Source: a virus. From it: 64,000 nt of DNA. The notes under the pieces are model-generated. The model saw nothing but the letters and a program-made list of their open reading frames with translations, made no database searches and was not told the DNA's origin. Position numbers and translations under genes: made by a program. Numbering within the stretch: the first letter of the stretch is position 1; every line of letters starts with the position of its first letter. Location: positions 32,001 through 96,000 of the IMG/VR virus record IMGVR_UViG_3300020601_000007; one strand, 5' to 3'. This document shows positions 53,479 to 63,570 of this stretch, in pieces.

Positions 53479-56159
53479 GGTGGAACCTCCGTCTGCAAAA
53501 TCGGCGGGGCCTGTGGGGGAGCAATCGCTGGTTCGGCTGGAACAGTGAAGCCCTCTGCTGCCGTTGCACGGGCAGCAATACGAGCCCGAATGTCAGCGTT
53601 CAGTTGGGTCGCCACGAACTGCTGGGTTTGAGCAGCGGGGATAATGATGTAGTCTCGGAGGATTTCAGTCGCTACCGCAAGAGCAGGGAAAGTGACCGTT
53701 CCGATGGCCTTCATTTTGAGATGCTTCTTGATGTCAGTGATGAACATCTCTTCAACCTGCTGTATGTCTGCCGTGTTGTCAATACGCATACGGTCGACAG
53801 CCGTGCTGAACGCTGCAAGGAACATGGTGTTGCTATCGTAAAGGCCACTGATGAAATCAAGGTAGGTGTTCAGGTCATTGGCGCCACCGGGAGGAATCGT
53901 TGGGATACCTGCCAGATACGTGGCTTGGGCTAAACCGGGCAGCATCGGACCCATAACGGGCGCTGTCAATCGGTTCACTTCTTCTTGCAGGACCTGAATG
54001 ATTTGCTCGTCAGTGACATCCAAGTTCCTCAGCGAGAGGATGGAGGCACGCACCATGTTCCACGCCTCTTTGACAGCACCAGACATGGACTCGCGTGCAC
54101 TTTTGATTTTCTTGGCTTTGTTGTTCCCACTTGGCCCCGCTGGACCAAACGGCTGCTCGTAAAGGAAACCACGGTTGGCCCCAACAAGAAGGGAAGCGAA
54201 CCACTCGTTGAACTGTCGAGAATATTCGAGGTAGGCGTCGCGCAGCAAGGGAGATTCCAACTTCAATTCAATGTCCTTCATTTCAAGGTTGAATGTCATC
54301 TGGGGGGCGACCCCTGCGGGGAAAGCAGCCGCAGGTGGAACGAGAACGGCTCGGGTGGGGAGTTTGTTCTGGGACATCGCTGGGATGAGAGCAGGATTCA
54401 GGTGCTTTGACACAATCTGCGAATACCACTGAATCTCAGCAAGGGCGAAGTTGTCGTCCTTGAACAGGTTTTCCAATGTCTTGCGCAGCCCTTTCTTTTT
54501 GTGCCACATGTTGGCGAAGAACGCGGTGGTGTGGTCTGTGCGTGCATCAATGAACCAGTCTCCAAAGAACTTCGACCCATCGCCCGTTTGATTGCGCACG
54601 CCACCTATTCCTGCGGTGGCACCTGCTGCGAGAGGAGGAGCGCCCCGTGGCCGAGGAATGGAATAGATACCGCTGTTTGGTGGGCTGTTTGTCCCATCGT
54701 AATCTCGGAAATGTTCCTTGGTAAAGCGGCTGTGATTGATTTTTGACAAAGCGAGCGTGTTCATGTGCTCGATGTAAATGAAAGCGTCAACGACACGTTC
54801 AAACAGAGCAAGAGCAGCACTGTTTCGCAAGTCTGCTGATTGCCTCAGGTCCGGCTGACCCACTGGAACGAAGGTGTTGGAAACGAGAACAGCCCTGTAA
54901 ATGTAGTCAGGGTCGACTGTGCTTGCCACATCCACGACTGGTTTGTTGTCGCGGCGGCCAGTGCGAGTGACCCGCCAAGTCCCCTCCCTGACGGCTTGAA
55001 GGGGGTCAGGCTGGTTTGCGGGCGGCTTCCAAGTGGCAGGAGGGACTGCACGAACTCGATTGCCTTGCTGACGAGCAGGACGCACTCTGTTCGTTTCCAG
55101 AATACCAAGGACCTGCCCAATGGGCATTTTCGCATCAAGGCGGTCAAGAAGCGGTTTGAGGAATTGCTTGATGGAATTGCGGAACTTGTCCGGCTCGATG
55201 TCTTTGAAATCCTCAAGTTCACCCTCGTATTGAACAGAAAGCGTGTTGGTCGCTTGCCTTGTCTTGGGGAACTGGTTGACACCCGGACCTTGGTATCCGG
55301 GTTGACCGAAATTAGCGTGGCGGCTGTGAAGACGAGACTCAACGTTTGCGTTGTCGAGCATGGCGTCGAGTTCCGCCTCACCTGCTGGCGCAGCGATGAC
55401 ACTCTCCCAAAGTTGGAAAAAATTGTATTTCGTGACACCACCGTCAACAAACGTGTCGAAAATGTTCGTCCTGTTTCGGTCTGCGCCCCGTGGACCGGGT
55501 TGCTTTTGGTCAAACGTGAGCAAAGTGACAGCCATCCACTCGACGATGTCGTTTGGTGTGGCGAGACCGAGGCGAATGTTGTCAACCATCATACGGGCCA
55601 AAGAGGGGAGAAGGAAATAGACACTTTGTCCGCCTTGACGCAAGTCTGCTTGAAGGGGGGCCGCTGCCTCAAAAACAGAGCCACCGGGGTCTTCTCTCAT
55701 CCGGAGTTCATCTGGCCTCTTGTTGAAATTACCGGCCAATACACCGAACCATGCTGGCCCTGCGTCGTCACGCTGGAAGAAGGTGGCGAAATGGGGGTGT
55801 CCAAACGCGTCCTGAGGCCTTGCCCCTACGCGCGTGTGTTTGATTGGTGGATAAATTCTTTGGAATGGCAACTCGTCAAGCCCCGCCTCAAGGAATCTGA
55901 AAATCCTATTGGTAGTGAAAGCACCCAACGTTGGGACGTTGTCTTCGTTGGTGAAATATTCGCCCTGTAAGTGGTGGGTCAACATGAACCCGGGCTCAAT
56001 CTGGTGTGAACCGGGAAATCCCCGTGGAGGAGGCTGGAACGAGCGACGGAAGCGCTCGTAGTGGTTCTTAACCCACCTGCGGATGGACGGGCGTGCGACT
56101 CGAAGGAACCCTTTCACACCGTTGTCATTGGGTGCAGTCAGAAACACGGATGGGTCCAT
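53475..56159 (-). CDS. Large hypothetical protein (894 aa)
   Basis: Long ORF; GGGAGG RBS; coupled to the ligase gene. Confidence 0.85.
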   Translation of the reverse strand: MDPSVFLTAPNDNGVKGFLRVARPSIRRWVKNHYERFRRSFQPPPRGFPGSHQIEPGFMLTHHLQGEYFTNEDNVPTLGAFTTNRIFRFLEAGLDELPFQRIYPPIKHTRVGARPQDAFGHPHFATFFQRDDAGPAWFGVLAGNFNKRPDELRMREDPGGSVFEAAAPLQADLRQGGQSVYFLLPSLARMMVDNIRLGLATPNDIVEWMAVTLLTFDQKQPGPRGADRNRTNIFDTFVDGGVTKYNFFQLWESVIAAPAGEAELDAMLDNANVESRLHSRHANFGQPGYQGPGVNQFPKTRQATNTLSVQYEGELEDFKDIEPDKFRNSIKQFLKPLLDRLDAKMPIGQVLGILETNRVRPARQQGNRVRAVPPATWKPPANQPDPLQAVREGTWRVTRTGRRDNKPVVDVASTVDPDYIYRAVLVSNTFVPVGQPDLRQSADLRNSAALALFERVVDAFIYIEHMNTLALSKINHSRFTKEHFRDYDGTNSPPNSGIYSIPRPRGAPPLAAGATAGIGGVRNQTGDGSKFFGDWFIDARTDHTTAFFANMWHKKKGLRKTLENLFKDDNFALAEIQWYSQIVSKHLNPALIPAMSQNKLPTRAVLVPPAAAFPAGVAPQMTFNLEMKDIELKLESPLLRDAYLEYSRQFNEWFASLLVGANRGFLYEQPFGPAGPSGNNKAKKIKSARESMSGAVKEAWNMVRASILSLRNLDVTDEQIIQVLQEEVNRLTAPVMGPMLPGLAQATYLAGIPTIPPGGANDLNTYLDFISGLYDSNTMFLAAFSTAVDRMRIDNTADIQQVEEMFITDIKKHLKMKAIGTVTFPALAVATEILRDYIIIPAAQTQQFVATQLNADIRARIAARATAAEGFTVPAEPAIAPPQAPPILQTEVPP

Positions 56160-56170
56160 TCATTCCTCCC

Positions 56171-56665
56171 TCACAACCGGTAAGCGAAGCGATACGTCGG
56201 GTAGGATTTCCCTTCCTTCGGTATGCCGCCGGTTTGAGGTGGCAACACTTCGACAGTGAAGTCCACACGGTCAGCACCCATAGAGGTTGCGCCGTATTCG
56301 CTGGGTTCAACGAAGAACTCGCCCGTTTGACCGGGCGTCAGGGTGAATGTCCGGGTGTTGGCAGTGACTGTCGCACCAGACTTCTTGGAATTGTAGGTGA
56401 TGCGGACGACGGAGCCGTTGTTGCTATCATCCCTGAAGCGCAACTGAATACCCATCGCTGAACCGTGGTAGGTGCCACCGTTCGCAACATTCGCTTCTGT
56501 CACCTGATTTGTGCTTTTGTTGTAGTAAGTGATGCGGAGAGAGGAAATGTTCGGAGCAGGATTGCTGATGACCCGCTGCCCTCCATACAGGAAGAGTGCT
56601 GCAACGGCAGCAATACCGAGCAGTTGCTTGTTTCGCTTTTTCTTTGATGGGCCAAATGGATACAT
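56171..56665 (-). CDS. Membrane-anchored Ig-like protein
   Basis: Basic plus TM N-terminus, then ISNP and a beta-rich domain. Confidence 0.7.
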   Translation of the reverse strand: MYPFGPSKKKRNKQLLGIAAVAALFLYGGQRVISNPAPNISSLRITYYNKSTNQVTEANVANGGTYHGSAMGIQLRFRDDSNNGSVVRITYNSKKSGATVTANTRTFTLTPGQTGEFFVEPSEYGATSMGADRVDFTVEVLPPQTGGIPKEGKSYPTYRFAYRL

Positions 56666-56674
56666 GTCATCACC

Positions 56675-57025
56675 TCAATATCGGTATCGGTATTGCCACG
56701 GAATGAATCCTTCACCCGGGCTGATTTCTTTCTTGAACAGGTCGGTCTTTCGCTCCAGCGTGTCGATGGCCGACTTCGCCAGCAACATGAAGCCAAGGAC
56801 AGTTGAGAGCGTGTTGAGTTCGCTCCATGTTGACTTCTTCAACCCAAAGCGGGATGCTTTGACGAGTTTGGATGACTTCCCGTATCCAAACACACCTTTG
56901 CTCCCGACAGTGTCCAAAGCACCCCGTGCTGCGGTAGCAACGACGACGCCAAGGGATGCGAGTTCGATTTTGTCCCACGTTTTGACAGGGACGCCGAAGT
57001 AGGTCTGTCGCTTCTCCGCTGCCAT
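56675..57025 (-). CDS. Small membrane protein
   Basis: Two hydrophobic helices; GAGGTGGGTG RBS. Confidence 0.65.
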   Translation of the reverse strand: MAAEKRQTYFGVPVKTWDKIELASLGVVVATAARGALDTVGSKGVFGYGKSSKLVKASRFGLKKSTWSELNTLSTVLGFMLLAKSAIDTLERKTDLFKKEISPGEGFIPWQYRYRY

Positions 57026-57034
57026 TCACCCACC

Positions 57035-59524
57035 TCAATCAATCAACCATGCTTTGCCGTCTCGCATACCGATTTTCATGCTCCCGCCTTTGATGATGAG
57101 CATCGGCTCACCACTTTCAGGCATCGTTGCATACAGCGTCGGGAAGTTGCCATCCTTTGACTCCTCGTTCATTTCGTGGATGAACTTTTGCTCCTCGTCA
57201 CCGTTTTCCTTGGGCGACTTGTAGCCAATGGTCCAGCACTCTCCCAGTGAATACCAAACATCACCGACGTCAATTTTCTCAGTCGTGATTTCGTCCGGGG
57301 TCTTGCCACCGTGGAACTTCTTGTAAGCGTCTTTGGCCTTCTTGACCTTTGCAGGCTTCGCAGGGTTCTTCTTCACCCCGCCACGAAGTTTGATTGCATC
57401 AGCATTCGCAACGATGGTGATTGTTGCGGAACCCTGAATGATTTCGTAGTCCATTTTTAGGTTGGCGACTGCGTTGCCACCGAGGGCCTTTGCGTTATCA
57501 GAGAGTTCCTTTTGCATTGACGCAATACCCAACGCCAGACGCTTTTCAGCCATTGACGTTCGGCCACCAATGAGCCCTCGGTAGATGGCCTGAACCACTT
57601 CACCGACGTCTTTCACAACGTTCCTGCCAATCACAACTTCAGCGAATATCGCACCGAGGTTCTTGGTCATGGCTTTCGGTTCACCCGAATAGATGGGAAC
57701 AATACCAGACGGGTTGTCAATCGGGTTCCACGTCTTCGTCACCGAGTTCACGCCACGCTGACCGTATTCCTCTTTGACGTAGCGAAGAGCCACAGCAGAA
57801 CGCTGGGAGTTGTCAGGGAACTCTTCGTTCATCATTTTGTTGCCCATGAGGCGGTCGAAATATTTCTTCGCTGATTCACGGCGCTTCTTCCCGGTCTTCT
57901 TGCTGGTCTGGCGACGGGGCTTCGGGGGAGGATTGCTGAGTGTGGGAATCCTCATGCCTGATTTGAGGATAGGTTGCAGTGGAGCCGAACCATCTGTCCG
58001 TTCTGGAATCGTGTTTCCGGCTTGAATCCACGCCTCCAGTTCTTCGAGTGAAGTCCAATCGGGGATGCTGAATCCCCAGTGGTTAATGGAATGCTCTCGA
58101 CTGTAATTCTGCAAACCTTCCCATTGATGGGTTTTCAACATCGTGTTTCCAATTTCAAATGGATATGGATTGAGTTCCAACGACTCTGGCCCGATGTTCC
58201 AAGTAAAAACTTGGTGTTGCCCGTTTCGGTCATAGTGCAGACTCCCGTCTGGGTTCAAGGGGGAAATCCGCATCTGGAACGATTCCTGTCGATAAGGGTG
58301 CTTCTTGTTGTATTGGTTGAAGATTGAGAACTGCTCAAGCAGCAGATTACCGAGGCCCCCTTGAGCGACTGACAGGGCAATTGAGTTTGGAGTCGAATAC
58401 ACCCCCACTCGGGGATTCTCCATAACGGCGCTCGGGCCGTAGGTGACACAGGGGTTCTTCCCGCAACCACAGTTGGGGTTGCTGAGTGAAGGGCTGGAAT
58501 CGAACGGAGTCACCTTGATGGCGTTGCCGGGACGGAGTGGGTCATCTCCGCCAAAGTCATCGCCCACTTTTCGGAAGTAAATGCTGCCATAAGGATTCCA
58601 CTGCATACCTCGTGATTCATCCCCTTTGTGTTGGACAAAAACCACCTCGATACCGACGCCGTGAACACGCTCAAGGTGTTCTTTGGTCTCCATAATCAAC
58701 GGCTTTCTTTCTGTCTGAAAATATTCCAAGACGCCTGCTGCGGGCAAGTATGCTGGGTAAATCCCACCCGGAGTGTAACTTTGGCCCATCTGGTATTCAA
58801 TCAAAAATGCACGGGGGAGTGATTCGGCATAGTAACTGGGAACCTCTTCGGGTTTGATTGCGTTCCAAAATTTGCGCTTCGATGGATTCGTCAGCGTGTA
58901 AGGACCCGGCGTCGGTGCAGGATGGAGGCCTGAGAGCGTGTATGACCCGGGCGTTGGTTCAGGTGCAAGGTAGGGGTTCTTGCTGTCGCCGATGTAGTCG
59001 TTGACCGTTGCATAAACACCCGGAACGTCCATTTCCTTTGCAGCGGCAGCAGAACTGCTCCCGAAGGAGAACACGATGTCGTAGCGGTTGCCCAAGGAAC
59101 GGATGTTCTTTGCAGCATCGCCCATCAGCACGAGCGGTCCTGAACTGTCTGCCGTCACTGGGTATCCAAGTTGGCGTAGGCGGTCCTGAAGTCGGAACTG
59201 GTATGAGTCTTCGAGGGAACTGATGAAAGCAATCACATGGTTCTTCCGCCCCAATTTGTTGACGAAGTCTTTGACACCCGTGCGAGAGACTGCCTTCTCA
59301 AGGTTGTTTGCCACCTCGCGCTCAAACCGCTTTCCAGACAGTCCCTTGCGACGAGCGATGCGCTCACCCGCTGAGTTGCTGAGAAGAGCCTCTTCCACAT
59401 GGAAGACTGCCATTTTCCCCTTGCTCAAAGCATGATTTGGGTTGCTCTTTGGCAGGTTAGCACCACAGACAATGCAAAACACCACGCCGTCGGCGTTGTC
59501 AGCGTTGCAGGATGGGCACTCCAT
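57035..59524 (-). CDS. 829-aa modular protein: Zn ribbon, degenerate HAD-like domain, duplicated module, unknown domains, YbjQ/UPF0145 domain, C-terminal beta domain
   Basis: CPSC...CIVCG; HAD-like core; EVVIGRNVVKD...IGGRT...AKALGGNAV..LKMDYE (YbjQ); YKKFHG...FIHE...LIIKGG. Confidence 0.85.
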   Translation of the reverse strand: MECPSCNADNADGVVFCIVCGANLPKSNPNHALSKGKMAVFHVEEALLSNSAGERIARRKGLSGKRFEREVANNLEKAVSRTGVKDFVNKLGRKNHVIAFISSLEDSYQFRLQDRLRQLGYPVTADSSGPLVLMGDAAKNIRSLGNRYDIVFSFGSSSAAAAKEMDVPGVYATVNDYIGDSKNPYLAPEPTPGSYTLSGLHPAPTPGPYTLTNPSKRKFWNAIKPEEVPSYYAESLPRAFLIEYQMGQSYTPGGIYPAYLPAAGVLEYFQTERKPLIMETKEHLERVHGVGIEVVFVQHKGDESRGMQWNPYGSIYFRKVGDDFGGDDPLRPGNAIKVTPFDSSPSLSNPNCGCGKNPCVTYGPSAVMENPRVGVYSTPNSIALSVAQGGLGNLLLEQFSIFNQYNKKHPYRQESFQMRISPLNPDGSLHYDRNGQHQVFTWNIGPESLELNPYPFEIGNTMLKTHQWEGLQNYSREHSINHWGFSIPDWTSLEELEAWIQAGNTIPERTDGSAPLQPILKSGMRIPTLSNPPPKPRRQTSKKTGKKRRESAKKYFDRLMGNKMMNEEFPDNSQRSAVALRYVKEEYGQRGVNSVTKTWNPIDNPSGIVPIYSGEPKAMTKNLGAIFAEVVIGRNVVKDVGEVVQAIYRGLIGGRTSMAEKRLALGIASMQKELSDNAKALGGNAVANLKMDYEIIQGSATITIVANADAIKLRGGVKKNPAKPAKVKKAKDAYKKFHGGKTPDEITTEKIDVGDVWYSLGECWTIGYKSPKENGDEEQKFIHEMNEESKDGNFPTLYATMPESGEPMLIIKGGSMKIGMRDGKAWLID
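58475..58888 (-). repeat. Copy 2 of the duplicated NP-bounded coding module
   Basis: YYAESLPRAFL...TKEHLERVHGVGIEVVFVQ...IYFR..GDDFGGDDP..PG..IKVTPF is shared with the 2955-aa protein. Confidence 0.9.
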
Positions 59525-60999
59525 CAGTTCATCCCCTTCTGAAGAATTTGCTTCAAAGCACGCTTCTGAGTGCGGAGTTCCTTCGCTTTTGCTTTATCCT
59601 CTGGAAAGGTTGAGCCTTTGATAGCAGCCAATTGCTGGTCGATGTCAGAAATTTGTCGCTCAAGAACAGATGCTGCTGCCTGTGCTTCGTCGTCGTAGAT
59701 GACCTTGCCTTCAAAGGACGCAGCAGCCTCTTGGGCTGCTCGCTCGCTCTCCTCCGCTTCAGTCAGTTTCCTGTTCGAGCGGTTAAGACTCTGGCGGAGC
59801 GTCTGCTGCGTTCGTCGAGCCCTTTGCTCGGTCATCTCAAGTTGGCCTTGTAGTCGCTCCATTTCCTTGGGAGGCTTTCCACCAAAGAGTCGGATGCGGT
59901 CGTAATGCTCGTCTGCGAACTCCTTTGCGACATCTGTTGCTTTGTCGACGATGTCATTCTCCCAACTGCCAGAATATGGGACCCTGTTAGCCGCTCGGGC
60001 TACGACCCTGTTTCGGACGTCTTCAAATTTAAGTTTGGCGACATCTGCTTCTTTCAGGCCAGTGGCTGGCCCGAGGTAAATGCGCTTGATTTCAGCAGCA
60101 CTGATGAGTTCAACAACCCTTTGTTGGTTCTCATGATGCTGGTCAGCGATGCGCTGAATCCTGTCTGCGTCCCAGTTCACATCAAAGGCATCGGAGATGT
60201 CGTGGCGGGCTGGTCGGTCGAATGGGACCATGCCACCTGCCATCGAAATTTTGCCGAACTCGCTGTGCTTTTTGATGCGCGCCATGGCCAGTTCTTGTGA
60301 TTCCAAAAGGCCACCCAAAACGGTCTTCATCTGAATCCAAAACGACATGTTGGTGTTTCCTTTGAGGTCGAGGTGCCACTTACGGAGTGCTTCCTCGTAT
60401 GCCATCAAAGCCTGCACCTGCTTCTCCAACTTGGTGATGTGCGGGGTGTCCTGCATTCCCGTGTATTGCTCCTTGATGTTGTCTACCGACCTGCGGATGT
60501 TGAGCATCTCGCTCGGACTCAAAATGTCACGGAGGAGTGCTTCTTGCTCCCCTGAAAGTGCTGGGTTGGGGAAGTTGTCCTTCACCTTTTCGTGAAAGTT
60601 CAAAACGTCATTGTGCATTTCTCCGACCTTCGATTCGAGGACTCGCTGGTTCGCTGCGACGTCTGGTGGTGCTTCTCCCTCTTCCATGAACATCTGGAGG
60701 TCCACCTTTTCGGCGATGATTTGGGTCAACTTCTTGGCCGCCAGTTCACCAAGAATGTCTGAAAAACGACCAGCCTCTTGTTCAAACGCGTTAAACACCT
60801 TTTCGTCCAGTCCGGACGTTTTCTTGATGTTTTCTCGTTCAACGGCGATTGCTTTCTGAATCTCCTTGATGAGGTCTCGCTTGTCAGACGGGCTCAGATT
60901 CAGTGGCCCAAGCGAGTCGGTGAGGTTTTTGAATTCGTCCTTGGTGAAAGGGTCTGGGGCGAAAGTCCCCTCTGAGAAAAAAGGAAAGAGGTCTACCAT
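59524..60999 (-). CDS. Alpha-helical/coiled-coil protein
   Basis: Charged heptads; TGATG coupling at both ends. Confidence 0.8.
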   Translation of the reverse strand: MVDLFPFFSEGTFAPDPFTKDEFKNLTDSLGPLNLSPSDKRDLIKEIQKAIAVERENIKKTSGLDEKVFNAFEQEAGRFSDILGELAAKKLTQIIAEKVDLQMFMEEGEAPPDVAANQRVLESKVGEMHNDVLNFHEKVKDNFPNPALSGEQEALLRDILSPSEMLNIRRSVDNIKEQYTGMQDTPHITKLEKQVQALMAYEEALRKWHLDLKGNTNMSFWIQMKTVLGGLLESQELAMARIKKHSEFGKISMAGGMVPFDRPARHDISDAFDVNWDADRIQRIADQHHENQQRVVELISAAEIKRIYLGPATGLKEADVAKLKFEDVRNRVVARAANRVPYSGSWENDIVDKATDVAKEFADEHYDRIRLFGGKPPKEMERLQGQLEMTEQRARRTQQTLRQSLNRSNRKLTEAEESERAAQEAAASFEGKVIYDDEAQAAASVLERQISDIDQQLAAIKGSTFPEDKAKAKELRTQKRALKQILQKGMN

Positions 61000-63092
61000 C
61001 ACGGACCCCCCAGATTTTGAAGTGCTGTGCTCAACGCTTGAAGTGCCATGAGCCGCTGGATTGCGGTGAGAGAGGGACCACCAGCCGGTGGAAGTGCCGT
61101 CAGGGTGTTGATAGCCGTTTGGACGGTCTGACGATTTGCCCTCCCCTGTGATTGTGCGATTCGAGCAAGTCGTCGTGCAAGAGTGGTCACCGACACTGTT
61201 CCTGACGCATTCTGAATTTGAGGCAAGGACTTAAGCATCAGAGCAGTGACAAAGCGGATGTCTTCTGCTGATGATTCATATCCGTATTTGGTAATCGCGA
61301 GAGACACCGCTTCGAGCATGACGTCGCCCATTGAAACCGGATTTGTTCCACCCATCATCAGGTTGTTGAAATTCATGTTGCGTAAGCGCTGCTGTATCGC
61401 CAAAGTGTAGGCTTCAAAGGCCGGTGGAGGGGGAGCGACTGCTGCTGCTCCGCCGAGAGCAGCCATAGCAGCCGCAATATCAGTTTCAACTTGACCGCCG
61501 GGAATAAGGTCTGGGGCGGCGAGGTCAGCGATGGTGATGGTGATGGGGGGAACCGCTGCTCCCGCTGCACCGACAGGAACTGTGACTGTCTCTGGGCCAC
61601 TGACATCGGCATTGAAATTGAAGTCGAGTGTTGCGTTGGCTCCCACGTTCGTGCGGTATTTTGCGACCACTTGCATGGCAGCAAGCACGAGAGAGTCCGG
61701 CCAATCGGTCGGTCGAGGACGCATCCCCACCAAGTCCATCACCCAAACGACCGGTGGGAATTTTGCCTGACCTCGTTGCAGAATGTCTGCCTGCTGTTTG
61801 CTGGTAAGCGTTTGATAGGCTTCGACATAGGCTCCGGCATCGTCAGCAAGCGGGGCATCGGTAGCATCGACGAGCCCTGCTTTTGCGAGGTCGTCAAAGG
61901 CTCCAACGATAGCACCGATGTCCAACTTCTTGGCTCGCTCCTTGATGAAGTCCCAATTGAAGTCGCCACCGCGCTGTGAGCCACCGAGCATGTAGTCCCC
62001 GAGGAAGTCGACTGCGTATTTCTCGGGTCGTGCTGGCTGGGGACCAGCAGGACGCATACGCCGAGGTGGACGCAGTGCTTTCTCATTCTTGTCTGTCCGA
62101 CGAACAAACGTCCCGCCTCGGTATTGTGGTGGATTCCCTGCGTTCATGAAGAGGTCATTGACACGAGCAATCATGAACTCGTTCTCGAAGTAAGCATCAT
62201 CTCGCTTGCTGAGTGTCTTCGGGTCAACAGGGGGAGGAAGGACAACGACACCGAAACCCGGGAAAAGGAACGCTGGGTGAGCATTGATGCTGAAGTCCTT
62301 CCCGTTGTAGAAGTCTGCTGGGTCAGTAGCCATGTGCTTGACCATGTAGTCGAACTCGCGTTGAAGCGCCTTTCCACGGATTTTGAGTTCCTTTGCGACG
62401 GGCAGAATGTGCTGGCGAATGTATTCAATGGCCCTGCGGTTTGCTTCTGCCGCAAGCAGATACGGCGTGAAAGCAGAATCAACGAAGTTCCTGACTTCAC
62501 CTGCGGTAGCAAGACCCTGAACGTTTGCCGCTGGTGCCATCGCCTCCTTGACGTATTTCATCATCGCTGCATCTGTCTCAGCGACCTCTTCACCCAAAAG
62601 TCGGCCACCGAAGGAACGGCCAAAGCCAATAGGAGGTGTTGGATTTCGCAGTGGGAGGGCGCCGCCCTTGTAATCGTAAAACCGAGCACGGAGAAGTTCT
62701 TCTGCCATAGGGGAGGAAGCCGTGAAGGCGTTGAGTGGGCGGGCCATCAGCATGGACAGCGACTGAACAGCACCGAAAAGACCGTGCTCTCGGACCATCG
62801 CTGAAACCAATGCTGGCTGCACTTCTTCAGGAAGAACGTGCGTTAGGTTGGTTGTGTGGCGATTGGCACCAAAGCGGCGTGAAGTGAACGTGGCTGGATG
62901 AGCAGGATTTTGCTTGACACTTCCGACGATTCGCACCTCAGTGGTGGTGCCGTTGGTCAAGTCCCCGAGTGAAATGGATTCACCGCTTGGATTCTCCAGT
63001 GCGTATTCACGGGAATCAGTGATGCTTCGGACCCACTGGTGAGCCTTTCCGAGGGATGCTCCACGAAGGGTTTTGGGAACGGTGTGCATCAT
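60999..63092 (-). CDS. Large Ala/Pro-rich hypothetical protein
   Basis: 697-aa ORF; three NP motifs in the N-terminal 150 aa. Confidence 0.8.
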   Translation of the reverse strand: MMHTVPKTLRGASLGKAHQWVRSITDSREYALENPSGESISLGDLTNGTTTEVRIVGSVKQNPAHPATFTSRRFGANRHTTNLTHVLPEEVQPALVSAMVREHGLFGAVQSLSMLMARPLNAFTASSPMAEELLRARFYDYKGGALPLRNPTPPIGFGRSFGGRLLGEEVAETDAAMMKYVKEAMAPAANVQGLATAGEVRNFVDSAFTPYLLAAEANRRAIEYIRQHILPVAKELKIRGKALQREFDYMVKHMATDPADFYNGKDFSINAHPAFLFPGFGVVVLPPPVDPKTLSKRDDAYFENEFMIARVNDLFMNAGNPPQYRGGTFVRRTDKNEKALRPPRRMRPAGPQPARPEKYAVDFLGDYMLGGSQRGGDFNWDFIKERAKKLDIGAIVGAFDDLAKAGLVDATDAPLADDAGAYVEAYQTLTSKQQADILQRGQAKFPPVVWVMDLVGMRPRPTDWPDSLVLAAMQVVAKYRTNVGANATLDFNFNADVSGPETVTVPVGAAGAAVPPITITIADLAAPDLIPGGQVETDIAAAMAALGGAAAVAPPPPAFEAYTLAIQQRLRNMNFNNLMMGGTNPVSMGDVMLEAVSLAITKYGYESSAEDIRFVTALMLKSLPQIQNASGTVSVTTLARRLARIAQSQGRANRQTVQTAINTLTALPPAGGPSLTAIQRLMALQALSTALQNLGGP

Positions 63093-63107
63093 TTTCTGTC
63101 TCCCCCA

Positions 63108-63566
63108 TCACAGCGCATACTTCGGGTCAATAACAAGATACCGGCTGTCGGCGTTCTCAACCCAGAGGTAGTTTTTGGGGGCGGGCAGGTTCTTGGACAC
63201 GTGAGGCATGTCTGCCTTGTGCGATGAACTGCTTTCGTTTTTCATGTCCTTGGTATGCATCGGAGAACCAAGTCCGAAAAGACGCGGTTGATTGCCAGTC
63301 TCTTTGAGGAGGTAAATGATGGCACCCACCCCAACAAGGCCAACCAACGAACCCCGCAAAAAGGCCGAAGCGGCTGAGTCCTTCTTTTTGAACCCAAGAC
63401 GGCCTTTGAGGAACTTTTCGTCCACGATATTCGCTACTCCTGCTGCTCCAGCAAAGCCGCCAATCACTGCTGCTTGACCAAGGGTCCTTTCAGTTTCACG
63501 GCTCACGCCACGTGTGCCGCTCTCCCATATTCGTTGTATCAGTGGTGGTCCAGACAATTCACTCAT
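63108..63566 (-). CDS. Membrane protein
   Basis: Two Gly-rich TM segments; LFGLGS linker. Confidence 0.7.
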   Translation of the reverse strand: MSELSGPPLIQRIWESGTRGVSRETERTLGQAAVIGGFAGAAGVANIVDEKFLKGRLGFKKKDSAASAFLRGSLVGLVGVGAIIYLLKETGNQPRLFGLGSPMHTKDMKNESSSSHKADMPHVSKNLPAPKNYLWVENADSRYLVIDPKYAL

Positions 63567-63570
63567 TCAT

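Noticed and set aside
42410-58888. Diversity-generating retroelement TR/VR pair
   Set aside because: Both copies are coding, differences include indels and are not adenine-restricted, and no reverse transcriptase was seen
59000-59415. Active HAD phosphatase in the 829-aa protein
   Set aside because: The DxD motif is replaced by HVEE and the motif IV Asp residues are missing; at most an inactive HAD-like fold
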